Source: Basidiobolus meristosporus CBS 931.73 (taxonomy: Eukaryota; Fungi; Basidiobolomycota). Taken from it: 64,000 bases of DNA. The notes beneath the pieces were generated by a model, which saw nothing but the letters and a program-made list of their open reading frames with translations, had not been told where the DNA came from and ran no database searches. Shown here in pieces: positions 14,188 through 27,095 of this stretch (position 1 is its first letter; each line of letters starts with the position of its first letter). The stretch lies in contig MCFE01000015.1 of the NCBI GenBank assembly GCA_002104905.1, positions 187,257 through 251,256 of the forward strand. The letters run 5' to 3'. A program made the translations under genes and the position numbers.

Positions 14188-14395
14188 CAGATCGTCTGGA
14201 TTGAGGAGAGGAAATATATGTTGAGTTGGGCATGTTGATTCTATATTGACCGGCTCTGCAGTGTTTCTATTCTGTTTCTATTCCATTTATTTATACGGAT
14301 CTGGTCGCTTTGTCGTGAGCATATATATTGCAGCGGTTGGATGGCCAGTGGTTCTTAGCCGTGTCTTCATTCTAATCTTGGAGGCATCTCAGCTC

Positions 14396-15208
14396 ATGTT
14401 CGCGCCTTCCTTTAACCATCTCTTTGCCGCTTCATCGCTACATCCATCCTGGCCTTATTACTCACCCACCCTCTCTCATTCACTTGCCTTCCCCACGAGC
14501 CAATATTCAATATCCAATGCATCAAGCCCCACCTACCACCCATCTGCATTCACTTCCAGCCAAATGATAGGCCTTGACCTCAGTCAACTGGCTCACTTCT
14601 GCGCGGACATGGTGTGCTCGATATGGCATTTCAACTCTGGCCTGCTGGAGAAGCCCGCAGAGCCAGCGTTCCGTAATTTCTGCTATCAAGTGCTATCAAC
14701 CTCCCAAGTCTCCGTCCCCGTAATCCTCCTCGCCCTGGTCTATATTCAGCGGTTCAAGAGCTCCAGCCCTTGCACCATGGGTGCCGACAGCTCGGAGGGC
14801 AGGTTGTTTGCGGTCGCGCTGATGCTAGCCAACAAGTTCCTAGACGATGGCCCTTTCACTAATCGTACGTGGTCTGAAGTGACTGGGATACCTCTTTCCG
14901 AAATCAACATCATGGAAAGAGAGTTCTTGACCATCCTCTCATTCGATCTCAACATGTCACACAGAGAGTTTAGGAGTTGGTCAAAGTGTTTGATAGATCA
15001 TCTGGTGTACCAGGGCACTCTACTCCGATCTGTGGTGAGTACCGAGAGCTCAGCCACACTATCATATGATTACAGCTACGGCCAGAGCTTCTACTGGTCA
15101 TATTGGTACCCTTTCATGGCCAATATCCATCAATCGCATTATTTTCCTAATCCCTCGCCTTGTAAGTATACCTTCCCTTTTTTTGCCTACTGTCCTATGT
15201 CGGCTTAA
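14396..15208 (+). CDS. Pho85-type (Pcl/Clg1-like) cyclin, intronless
   Basis: Cyclin box: FCYQVLSTSQVSVPVILLALVYIQRFK...RLFAVALMLANKFLDDGPFTNRTWSEVTGIPLSEINIMEREFL. First in-frame ATG is at 14396 (the ORF track starts at an upstream TTG). Confidence 0.85.
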   Translation: MFAPSFNHLFAASSLHPSWPYYSPTLSHSLAFPTSQYSISNASSPTYHPSAFTSSQMIGLDLSQLAHFCADMVCSIWHFNSGLLEKPAEPAFRNFCYQVLSTSQVSVPVILLALVYIQRFKSSSPCTMGADSSEGRLFAVALMLANKFLDDGPFTNRTWSEVTGIPLSEINIMEREFLTILSFDLNMSHREFRSWSKCLIDHLVYQGTLLRSVVSTESSATLSYDYSYGQSFYWSYWYPFMANIHQSHYFPNPSPCKYTFPFFAYCPMSA

Positions 15209-16284
15209 CCTCACCGACATCCACTCATTGCATCTCTGTTTTGTGTCTTTATCATGATTTCTGCCAGTCTTTAACCTCTCCCATTAAGATCTATCGTTTT
15301 TGCCTATCTGTACTAGTGTTAGATATATGCTTCAGCTTATCCTTATTCTGCATAAACCCCTCCCGAAACAACCCAAGCCACTGGTACACTATCTCAGAAC
15401 AGCATGCCCACCTCTGTCACACCCCCTATGCCGCCTATGTTGTATTTGTGTCATCCTATTGTGTATATACATCCCTTGTTTAGAAAGGTACTCTTCCCAC
15501 AACCTTCTCTCCAGAATCCGAGTGGCCTGGTAGCGTCCGATACAGGTTGTGAAGTAGCTTCCGCTGTCGCAACCTGGGTTCAATACGACAGGAAATAACC
15601 GCCCGCTTGAATAGTGCCCACTCAGTCGACCAGCAGTGATACGATTATTCAACGCAATCTCAGCATCATTTATGTTCCTTTGTATTGGGAAACAAATGTA
15701 GAGCAGATGAATATCTTACCCATGAATACTAATCGATTATTTACTATTCTTCAGACTTCCTATCCTACGTTGTATTGCTACAAAATATCACCAATTAAAT
15801 ATTGTCCCTATCCACTTCCCGCATAGCCACCTTGCCAGTGTTGAGATCTTGCTCGTATCAAGCCAGTAGAAACTGGTTGGTGATCAAAGCAGCGGCGGTC
15901 GCAGCGGCGGCCATTCGCTTCGTAGATCCTGCGTGGAATTTGCATGTGAAGGTGATCCTTATATTGTGCACTTCATCCTAGGGATCCATTGAAAGGGATT
16001 CACCTGGACTGACTACTCTACCCACGTATAAATAATACCATGGAGAGGATTCACGTGAAACAGAGGCCATTCGATGATACCAATTTAGATCCGATACGTA
16101 GCGACATCCCCGTGGCTTTTGTGTCAAGTTGAGCATCGCCTCGTTGAACATAGCAGTCCTTTGAGAGCCATCCAAATACACTTTGCGTTCTCCTACGTAG
16201 GCAGCCAGAAAGTGGCCAATTTTGTACGGGATCCCCACAGGGCACTTTTCCACACCTCGCTAAGACCTTACCTTTGCTAGGCTC

Positions 16285-17468
16285 ATGCATCGTGGGGATG
16301 TTTCCAAGAAGGCCCCGATCGCACGAGAAACGCTGGACAGCGTGTCAGTCCAAGGTCAGTCCTCGCTTCCCAACGAGTTCCAGGGCCAAAACCCCCTCTG
16401 ACCTCAACCCACGTATTCACGCTCGTCTCGTCATTCGGTTTTTCTAGATACCCCTCCACCCGACACCACTTTCCAAGAACCCAGCCACCAAGCCACCCCG
16501 CTGTTGGACAAGCAGGAGCAGAAAACGTTCGAGGATTTTCTGAAGCAATTCGAAGGCTCCAACGAAGATCTCTTCAAACAGCAGCTTACCAGAGTGCCCC
16601 TTCCTGATAAGGCGGCGGCAGACGCAGGTATCGTTCGTGTGCTGATATCCTCACGTGGATGAAACCAACACGTTTAACCAACGGTCTGATTACAGCACAC
16701 GGCGGCCCAGACCAACTGGACGCTTACCATCTCACCGAGCCTCGGCCCACGATGGACACTCCCTCAAGCGAATCCAAAGGTACCTTAACGCTCGACCCAA
16801 TGGATCACCAGGGAAATTGCCACCACTCTCACCCATATCACCAAACTCAACCTATCCCCCCGTTAGATCAACCAAACACCAAGGCGAAAACAAAGGACCC
16901 GGGAGCCAGCCGATCCCGGAAACGCAAGAGCACCACGAACAACGGGGAAGGGGCAACCAAGGCGGATCCGAAGACCCCGGGACGAGGGAAGAAGGGGGCC
17001 CAGGAGCTCCTCACGGAGGAAGAGAAGAAAGCGAACCACATCGCGTCCGAGCAGAAACGAAGGCAGAACATACGTCTGGGCTTTGAGCAGTTGGTGGAGA
17101 TCGTTCCCACCCTCTCGCAGTGCCATCGAAGCGAGTCGGCGATCCTGCAAAAATGTGAGTAGATCCTGGCCGTCGGTCTCGTGATTCCCACCCACCCATC
17201 CACCCACCATCCTAAAACTTATCAAGCTGTAGAATACATCAAGCAGCTGCTCTCGCAGAAGCAGGAGCTTCAACAGCGCATCCAGGAATTGGCCAACTCG
17301 CTGGGCGAATCGTAAGTACCGCTGGGGAACCCTTTTTTCGTCGCACCCCCGACTGACCCACTCTTCCATTTAGGCTGGATGACTCATCGGTAAGTCAACC
17401 ATGTGAAAAGGAGGATCGTCTCGTGAATAACCATCTCTCTGGTATAGTCGTCGGACGACAACACATAA
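16285..17468 (+). CDS. bHLH-ZIP transcription factor (Ino4/Mlx-like), 6 exons
   Basis: EEEKKANHIASEQKRRQNIRLGFEQLVEIVPTLSQCHRSESAILQK|SVEYIKQLLSQKQELQQRIQELANSLGE after splicing. Basic region carries H-E-R (CACGTG class). First and last exons were inferred manually. Confidence 0.8.
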
Positions 17469-17603
17469 TGCACAAGACACATCATCGAAGCTACACTATT
17501 CCTTTGATTTAATTGATATGCAGATTAAACAAACAGGAACGGGAACGGGAACGGAAACGGGGGCTGGGGAAGGCCGGGCAAATCGTATCTCGGGGATGGT
17601 GGC

Positions 17604-20600
17604 CTAGCGAGCAGCCTCGCTCGGGAATACATCCTCGATCATGAAGTCGTCCACCGCCGCCTTGGCGAATTTGATCCGCGCCGGGTTCGCTTCGGAAAGT
17701 TGTTCGCATATCAATTTCGTGTTGTCAGAGGGAGTCAAGGCCAACGTGATGGAATTTCCGGAAACCTCCAGGAACCTCGTAAGATATTTCTCAAATGCAC
17801 CTCTCAGATCCACCTTATCCACCGAATACAAGTATCTTCGGAAGTACTTCTCTTGTGTCTCAAGCGAGCCGAACCCCTAGCATAGCGAAGTAAAGAAAAA
17901 GTAAATGAAACCGTTAGCGTTAGACCTCTCCCAGAGAATTGTACACAACCAAAAAATAAACCAGCGACAATTTACCTTTAGACAACATCCTAATGCTGCC
18001 CCGATCACCCCTCCAGCGGTGGCACCCTCCATGCAGCTTCGATAGGCGATGCCCGCGCGAGCGGTGTCGAGCTCGAAGTCCCCTACCAGCTTGTCCCACT
18101 CGGATGCGTCCTCCTTCATGTTCTTCAGCAGCTCCCAGAAGCTCTGGACGGCCTTGATAGGGTCGGCAGCATCTCTGATCTCGAACACCATCTGTCCGGT
18201 CCAGGCGTACACACACAGTGAGGCATCGTAAGCATATCCGTTACCTCGGATCAAAGTGTAGAGTGGCCCCTCTGCGCGAGAGAATATCTCGCATAGCAGT
18301 ATGGTGGCGAAGTACTCTTTCGCCAGGGCCTCGTTGTTCAAATCGATGTGGGCATGAAGGATGTCACATGGGACCACAGAGAGTAGGAAGGAGGAGGTGA
18401 TGGAGCTCATGGGCAGCACCAACCCAATTGGCTTGCTGTTCTGGGCCTTGTACGGGGAGCGGGGGAACGGGAAAGTCTTCAAGTCCACGCACCTATCGGT
18501 GCTGTAATTTGCGATTTGCCCTTCGGGACGGTTGGGGTTGTGGAATGCAAGGTACTTCGCGTAATTGCTATCCCACACCCTCAACAGCTCGTCGGCTGCA
18601 GAGAGGGTCGTCCCGCTTGGAGAGAAGTCGAATGGAGTGCTGATCTGCAAAAAGCCAGCTATCAGTTGGGGGTCCTCTTTGGATGCTTTCGCGAGTATCT
18701 GTTGAATCGACATCAGGAGAGACGCCTGGATGGACTGAAGGCAGTCAATGATCTCCTCGGCCTCATTGCTCTCCGACTCCTCCAACTTGTAGATGACCGA
18801 CTTCAAAAATGCCTCTTGACGGAATATGCTGATGGGGATGTCGTTGCTGATATCCTTGGTGGCGGCATTGCTAGCCTTACCAAAGTCCCATTGTGTGTTC
18901 GACTCGCTGGGTCGTAACGCGGAGGTGATTCGGGTGGTTAGTGCGGCCATCATATCACCTCCTTCCCGCTTAAGCTCCACCAATTCGCTTAGCAAATTCT
19001 TGGCTACAATCAGAATACGTTCTCTTGTGAACGAGGCAAACATCAAGATACGTGTCAGGAGTTCGCACAGCTTCGAGAATTTCGCCGGCTCCGAGGAGGC
19101 AGCCAGGACAAACACCTCCGACATCCAACTGCATGCGAAGGTGTCGTTTCCGAAGCCTACCGCGCATTCGTGGGACACCAGGTCTCGGGAAATCTCGTTC
19201 ACCAGATCGCGGTAGTCCATCTTCTCGGTCTTCACGAGCGTCGATTCCTTATCAACAACCGGCACAATGACGTCAGTCTGGCTCAGAAGCTCCTGGAAGA
19301 GGACCAGGTAAGGCCTCACATTCTCGTCCAGGAATTGGGTTGGGAAGCAGAATTTGACGTGGGTGAAGTAGGTGTCAGTCTCTACCAGCTGGATGGTTTT
19401 GAATGGCCTCATCGAGAAATCGGCATTGGAGCTAAGATCAAGGTTGGTCAATTTCGAAGGAAGCTTCGAGACGGTGTTGAGGGTGGGTATGGCCGGCATA
19501 GATCTCAGAACCTCCGATGGAATTCGGATGGTGTTGGCGTCCACGGCTTTGTTGACAATCTCTGCTTGGAGCGCGAGGCCATCCGGGCCCAATTCCTCGC
19601 ATCGAGCTTCCTGGGCAGCGGACTTCTGTGCATCCAACTGAGGACCGAGCTCAGTATCCGGAATCATCTTGATCTCCACCACCGGCTGATCCAAAAACCA
19701 CGTCTTTAGTAAATCCTGCCAAAACTGCTCCGACTTGAGCTCCAGCTCATCTAGAATCTGGAAAATCTTGGAGCGCGTCCCAATCTTGGGGGAATGGACG
19801 GAGGTGCTGGAATAATGAGAGGCCAGCACATCCAGCAGCAGGTAGGAAGCAATCACCTCGTGTGGATCTTCCTCCAATGCTTCCAGAATCTTGATGCGGT
19901 GTCTTTTGACGGCGTTTCGCATTTGCTCGAAATCAAGGAACCCGTTGTTGACTATATCCGAGAACACCTCTCTGAGCTCTGAGTAGTAAGCATTGGGCTC
20001 AAACAACGGAGGGACGGGGTTCTCGGAAGGGTCGTCGGCGAAGTCATCTTCCATGGTCTCATCATCGACATCCGAGTGAGCTGACTCTTCATCCGAGTGT
20101 TGTCGTTTCTTACCTCGCAACTCGTCCTCGCCTTCCGACTCTTCATCGCTCATGTCCTCGTCGTCCTCATCGTCTTGTGATTGATTATACGGCACACCGC
20201 TGAATACAAGCAAGAGTGAAGTGTATGTGTATGCCTTCACCTCAAAGTCGATCTGATTCGCGTAGGGCTCGGGACGCTCCACGAATCGTTGGGAAAGTGG
20301 CGCGGCAGACGTTTCGTGAAGATATCTGAATAGAACTTCGATCGCCACGATGTTGAACACATCTTCAACCGGGGGTCCACGCCAGCCTAGAGAATACCTG
20401 ACGTTAGCAAAGGGTGAAATCAGCTCTCGTACCGGTTGATGCGTTACCGTATCCGATGGAGCCCACATCGTCATCATTCGAGGGGAATGGCACCACTTTG
20501 GTGAGGATCACTTCGCCATCGGGAAGGGAAAATGTTGGCGGCTCGAAGACCAGCTCCTTTTCTTTGCATCCGGCACCGAAATTGGTTTTCTCAAGGGTGT

Positions 20601-21380
20601 CGGGGTGCTCGTTTAGCTTGTTGAACAGTTTTTCCATGTCGATATTATCTCCAGCCAATATCAAGGTAATATTATCTGGATGATAGAACCGCTTATGATA
20701 CTCGATGATCTCCTCGTTGGTCAATGTAGCGATATCTGGCGTCAGGCCACCACATTCGTGCGAGTATGTGGTCATGCCTCTGTAGAGTTCTTTCCGCAAA
20801 TGGAAGTCCAGCAGATCTGCTTCGCTATGCTCTCTAGAAGCCATCTCACTGTACACGACTCCTTGCTCCTTGCCTTGTCCATCAACATGGTACACTTCCG
20901 TAACAAACTGCTCGTCTCTTAATGTTGGATGAAGTACGTGATCAAGAAAGACGGGCAAGGTGTTGATCATTCCCTCTGCTCCTGCGGTAGCCAACGTATA
21001 CGCAGTATGATCTTCGGTGGTGTACGCGTTTGTTCCAGTGGATAGAGATCTATTTGCCAAAGAATCTAAATATCCACGCAAAGGAAATTCCTTGGAGCCG
21101 CAGAAAATTACTAATTGACGAAATATGTTAGCAAGTTTTTCTGATTATGAAAAGCGAAAGGGACTTCAAACGAAAGTTTACAATGTTCCAAGGTGTGCGG
21201 TAAGCCTTTGTCGTTATCTGCAATGGTTGGCACAATGATACTCGCATAACAAAGGGGTCCGGGAACATTGATGTTAATTATGCGGAAGCCCGAACTTGAA
21301 GGTTTGTATACTTGTAAACCCACTTTTCCATTTGGTGACCGAAAGTCAATATCCTCCACTAAAGAAAACGTGTGCACCAT
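17604..21380 (-). CDS. M16 family zinc metallopeptidase (LuxS/M16; yeast Sdd3/YOL098C-like)
   Basis: Inverted zincin GLPHTLEH|LIFCGSKEFPLRGYLDSLANR...TNAYTTEDHTAY and FVTEVYHVDGQGKEQGVVYSEM. Three introns resolved (after LEH, within SIGY|GWRGP, after CCLK). ATG at 21380. Confidence 0.85.
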
Positions 21381-21612
21381 TTGATAACTCTCCAGTAAGG
21401 CTAAGGAAGGGATCAACTGAATATACCAATATATACAACAAATCTTTGATTCTAAATGATCTAGTAGCCTTATGGTGCCGGCCATTTCTATAAATTAAAC
21501 ATCAAAAAATATATTTATTAAGATATAATCGATACAAAATCACCAGTATGTAGACATTGGTAAGGTTCACCCAAAATTGTGCACTGGTAGTAAGTTAGGG
21601 ATATTGGTGATT

Positions 21613-24377
21613 AGATACTTGGTCCGGTTGGCGTATTCACTTTCATTACCACTACCACAAGCTCAGTCGCCTTTCTCTAAACCACCATATCACATCATAT
21701 CACATCCCCTCCCTCCTTCCTCTGCTCCTACTCTCATGGATCCTCCAGTCTCTTCATCATAGTCTAAAATACCCGTACATGCATCGGTCTTAGGAATTAG
21801 GAACTCTTGAAACCTCTTCACAAAAGAAAAATAGACAGTGTAGAACTACAAAGATTCGGTCAGTCTTGATGTCTCCGTATCGTACAGACTCTTAAAACGG
21901 CCTCATTGCCAGGTTGTCGTATGTGTGTGCATGAGTAAATGTGTGCGTATGTGTGTGTGTGTGTGTGTGTGCGTGAGTGGGTGTATATATATGTGGGCGT
22001 GTGAGTGTAGACGTGTATGGGTGGCTGGGCGTTCGTTTACTTGTTCGTGTGCGAGGGTGGTTGACTGATATGAGTACAATACAGTTTGATGGTTTCTTGT
22101 GATCATTCCCTACTGAGTCTGGCTCTGCTCTACTCCGCTCCTCGTCTGCCTTCTCTTCTTCCTCTTCCTCTTCCTCCTGCTCCTTACTCGCTTGACAGAC
22201 TCACTCCCTAGTCCACCCGTGAGAAGTGAGATTGGCAGTGCACCAGCTCCAGTAGAGAAATCTCTCAATCTCTCCATCAACCAGAAAATTTGCTTGTAAA
22301 TCTATCTACATGAAATCACCAAAAACTGTCACGCCAAGGCCATCACTACATCGAATACACAAATAGTCAGTCAGTCAGTCAGTCAGTCAGTTAGTAATCA
22401 GCTCGTCATTGCTCCCTCCCTCCCCCACTCACTTGTTCATTCGTCCATTCATTCAATCAATCTGTACTTACCACTCTTCCCGTGCTCCGGGCCTTCCCTT
22501 CCTCACCACACTTTAGTGCTGTTGGTACTCTCCCGGCTGCCCAGATCCCATCATGAACGACTCTTGGCTTGGAAAGTTGTTGTCCATGCTTGCACTCGAC
22601 ATCATGGACATCCCTCCAACCGCGTTTGGTGGGAGACTCGAGCCACTCATGTCTCCTTGCTGAAACCCGCCTGCTGTCCCACGCTGCCCAAACATCGACT
22701 CTTGCCCAAAATTAGAGTAGCTCATCTCCTGTGCCTACAAAAATAAAACCCATTCATACCAGTGGTTAGTTTTTTCCATTCTCTCTCTCTCCCTCTCTCT
22801 CTCATCTCTCTATCCAGCCCACTTTACCTGATTGATTGTAGCCATCGGTGCAAACCGTTGTCCTCGACCACCGCGTGCGTACTCCTCTCCACTCTCATAT
22901 GGATGGGCAGAGTTGCCCTCCCCATACCCGAGCCCCATGTTGCCGCCGCTCTCCGTCATCCCATAGCTTCCCCCGAGGATCCCTGCTTTCGAATCTCGGC
23001 CAAACGGTGACTGTCCTTGTGCTTCAGGATTCAGTCCGCTGTTCAGTAGAAGCTGTGTCCCTGAGTATTGATCATTCCCCGATGAATACAGGTCTCCGGG
23101 GAATCCATGTGGCTGCTGCTGCTGCTGCTGCTGTTGTTGTTGTTGCTGTTGTTGCTGCTGTCGTAGATTGATATCCGCCAAGGAATGTCTTCGTGGCTGA
23201 TTGTATGGCATTGTGTATGGGTCTGCCAGCGAGTGTCTACGTAGGTACAGGTGTCTGCGCTGTGGTGCTGGGTGATGCGAGCCAGGTGGGGGTGCTACAA
23301 AATCAAAAATACCCTTGGTTACCATTCTGTTCGCTTACTCCTTCTCACCCCTACTCTACTCCCTGCTTCTGCCTCTGTTTCTGCTAGGTGCCATTGGTCA
23401 TGTACTGCATGGCAATGTCACCCCTCGTCCTCATCATCCCACCGACCACGAATCGTGTGCTGAAAATACTTACTGTTGTATCCTGTCTGCATTGCCATCG
23501 GACCGCTCGTGTGAGGGCTGGCTTGGCCGGGATCTCCCATGCCTGCCGCACTCTGTCCAAAGTTCATTCCTCCTTGGCTGCTTGCCGATGCTAGTGTCTG
23601 GTTCGCCATCGACCCCAGGTCTTGCGAGTAGAATCGTGGTCGACTGAACTGCGCGTTGTACCCTACATGTCGTGTCAATTGGTTTGTCTCTCGTTAGTCA
23701 CCGCTCTCAAACCACCCTCCCCGCCCCACTCTACTCTACTCTACTCCACTCTCTACGCTACTCTATCCCCCCACCCGTCATTGTCACTCTGTATACTGAC
23801 CTTGCTGATTGTACTGCGAGTTGGGTGGATATGCTCCATTGAACGCATCCATGTTCACACTGACCGTGCTGCTATAGCTGGCTGTCTGCTCAAAAATAAG
23901 TCATCATTGTTAGCAAGTCCACTCTCTTTGTTTGTCATGGCTGTCTCTATCACCATCACCATCACCATCACCGTCACCATCACTCTCGCCACACATCTCT
24001 CTCATAGGTCTACTCACATATTTTCCAATGATCTTCTTCAGTGCATATGGAAGCACCTTCCAGGGGAACACCTTCACGTCTTTCTCAATGTTTCTGGGCT
24101 TCGGGTTGGGGAATGACATGATCAGCTTGAAAAACTCGGCCGATTCCGGCTTGCACTTGGATACTGTCAATGGTCGGAATCCCTCCAGGTTTCTGCGGAT
24201 CCGGTTCTTCTCTTCCACCGTGAATCGAACCGCAATCAACGACTCGAGCAAGTAGATACAGTCAACGCTGGTGATGAAATAGTCGTTTTTCTCCTCCCAG
24301 TATATGCAGGATACCACGATACTGTTCGGGCCTCGCTCCGCGGGTGCCACGGGTTGAAAACCGCAGTGAATAACGTT
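21613..24377. repeat. Near-identical segmental repeat, copy 1 (pairs with 27096-29873)
   Basis: Base-by-base match to 27096-29873 apart from microsatellite lengths and scattered SNPs; offset grows from 5483 to 5496 bp. Confidence 0.95.
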
Positions 24378-24780
24378 GTTTTCGTGTTGACGCCAAAACT
24401 GGACGAGTCTTCGTTTTGCCTCTTTTTCCTCCTCAGTCCTTACGTGAAAATGTCAGCATTTGACTTCTATTGCAATAAATGGTCACATACCAATTCAGGG
24501 TCATCTCTTCAATTACTCCAGTCAAGTTTAAAGAGGCTTTGTTTAGCAATGAAGCGTAGGCGTTATATGCCGCCATAGGCACAGGCCCTACTGGCCCAGC
24601 AGGTGGCGTATTGAAGTTTGCTATACGACCGGAGGGATAATAGTTGGGCTGTTGCTGTGATAGTTGGTTGTCGGTGACTGCTATCGAGTTTTGTGTTTCC
24701 AGATCTGCCTCTTGATCATTCAATGGTGGCGATTCGTAGAACGGTTTCATAGTTAGCTGTGTGTTCGAAGGAGAAATCAT
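22513..24780 (-). CDS. medA: MedA/ACON-3 (Medusa)-like developmental regulator, copy 1, polyQ
   Basis: IVVSCIYWEEKNDYFITSVDCIYLLESL..RFTVEEKNRIRRNLEGFRPLTVSKCKPESAEFFKLIMSFPNPKPRNIEKDVKVFPWKVLPYALKKIIGKY|TASYSST is the MedA conserved domain. First exon MISPSNTQ...; last exon ends ...GEYQQH*. Confidence 0.85.
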
Positions 24781-27095
24781 AAAAATGCTAGTAATATGAT
24801 TTCAAGCGGCAAGTCGATGCAATTCACCAGTACAATAAGTGTAACCCACTAGATAACTGTACAATTATAAATTAAAGCGAAAATAGGAGATATTCTTAAT
24901 ATTCAAACCAGAATTTGAAGTAAGAAGTGGAAATTTGGAAGAAATAGCTAAAAAGGTATTCTTATAGCAAGGCAACTTGTAACACGAAACAGGTTTGAGA
25001 CGTTGTCGACGGTGGCAATCGGGTTCAATAAAAAAGGGAGGATTAAATGTAGGATCGAGTGAAATGTAGTCAAAGAGCCAAGTCCGATACGAATCAAGGG
25101 TGAAACTGGCACAAGCAGGTTAGAAAATTTGGATTAGAGTGAAAAGGCAAGACTTTATAAGTGCACTAGGGCTTGAAATGTCAAGTCTTTGGAATTGGAA
25201 GGGTAGTACACAGGAAAGAGAGATGTTGCCAATCAGGTCAACTGAAGAACCAGCCATATATAGGCAGCAGATCGGAGTTTACATAGAACAGCGTCAAGTA
25301 GAATGATGAACCAATGGTGAAGAAAGAGTTGATCTGGATCTGGATGTTGTGTGGATTAATCTTGCATTAAATCAATACTATAGAGCCTATCCCCGCCCCA
25401 TTAATGCTCTGGTGATGAATCATCCATCCACATTGATCATGTTCCCAGCCGCAAGATGGATTTCTAAAAGCATCGGCATGTTTCAGAATGAATGGACTGG
25501 AGGCCAATAAGGCTAGGGAAAAGGTTTCATCGAACGAGTAGTGGCTTCTTACCCATGATATATGGTAATGACCATCACCTGAGGAGGATTTATTATCGCA
25601 ATCCATTTTATACACCGGATGTTTAGCATGATGCATACTAGATTATGTCGCATAGATGGCCATATCAAGAAGGTCTGATCTGTGCAGAAAGCCTTAAGGC
25701 ATCAGCATGGCCCAAGTTATCAGTAATATGTACTTGAGATGAATCAAAGTTGGAGGTGAATGAATGTGATGTTTGAGTTCCTGCTGGCTGATTTGGTGGT
25801 AGATTTGGATGAATCGCACATTCAGCATTACCAGTTACCTATTATGGTTGCCCATGGGCTGTACTCAGATCATATCTCAGTAAATCTGTACAGTTGCAAA
25901 GCAGTCAAGCTCATCAAACTGCCGATTGCAAGCCGGAAAAGGCCTCGACCTGTGGTTGGAATTGCCGGCTAATATTCGGATTTAACTGACCTTGAATAGT
26001 AGAGCCTTCATGTAATCCCGAGACATGCTCAAGTAATTTAACACATAGCTTCACGAAACCTTCCCCGCTTTGGGGATCTTTACTACACTGCGATTTCTTT
26101 TTATATCTACCTGAGGCCCCTGCTCCACTTCGAATCGCACGAGACATCTTGGACATTCAAGGAGGTGCCGTATAGCCGTATTCGTTATAATAGAAGTTAA
26201 TTGGGTTAGCGTCAATACGTGGACCCGGAATATCTAGTAGATGACTAATATGTTAATCCGTACATATCCCACACATATAAACCTGATGCGGGTTACAAGA
26301 GGTTTAAGTTGGAGCAAAGTAAGGGTCGATCATTGGGAAGAGTCATAAGCAAGCAACATCCATTTCTGTTGCATTGTATGAGCTAATCTGCTCGATCACC
26401 TCCATGAAGCTAATAATAATAAGCATTCGTGCCGATTTCAACACACCCTTGGATTAGTAATTTGGTTTCAGAGGCATGCATATTCTGTAAGAGTGAGTAC
26501 CAATGGGAATTTAAGAGCTGTAGACCGTATATATTAATAGTTCTCCTACTGTTTTGTTTGGTTATGGATTAACAATCCATTGAAATCTCAAGCAACACCA
26601 AGCGATATCAACTATTTCCTATTTCTGCCCGAGATATCTCGTATATGAGACTGGGACGCCTTGACTTTCAGGCTTTAGCGCGATCAAGTTTCAATGGAGT
26701 AGCTACATTCTATGATATTCTGAGTAGAATTTCTTACCAAAAGTGTTCAGCTTGATGACTCCGCTGATAACCTATACAAGTTCATCACTTGCGCCAAGAG
26801 ATTCCCTTACTGTGATACAATTCAGGATAATCAGTGTTGCAATGACTTTATTCAGCACAATTGCACTAACGGATGGAATGGTGAGAATCAAGTACCTGAA
26901 TGAAGTATTGGGTGAATATTTCACTTCTGTTCGGTTTAAACTTTCTAGTTCCATTGACGGAAGAATTCCAGTAATTTTATTTTATTAATATACCGAAAGG
27001 ATATTATACAAACAAGAGTACCATAAAAACTGGAATGCACAGGTAAAGTTCACCCAAAATTACACACTATTGGTGAATTGGGAATGTTGATAATA

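Noticed and set aside
17525-17560. (GGAACG/GGAAC)n short repeat between the bHLH and M16 3' ends
   Set aside because: Only about 4 degenerate units in a UTR; not a telomeric seed and no evident function.
25367-26988. Short minus-strand ORFs between the medA copies (possible decayed genes)
   Set aside because: Multiple stops and no recognisable motif; cannot be distinguished from promoter or intergenic DNA by eye.
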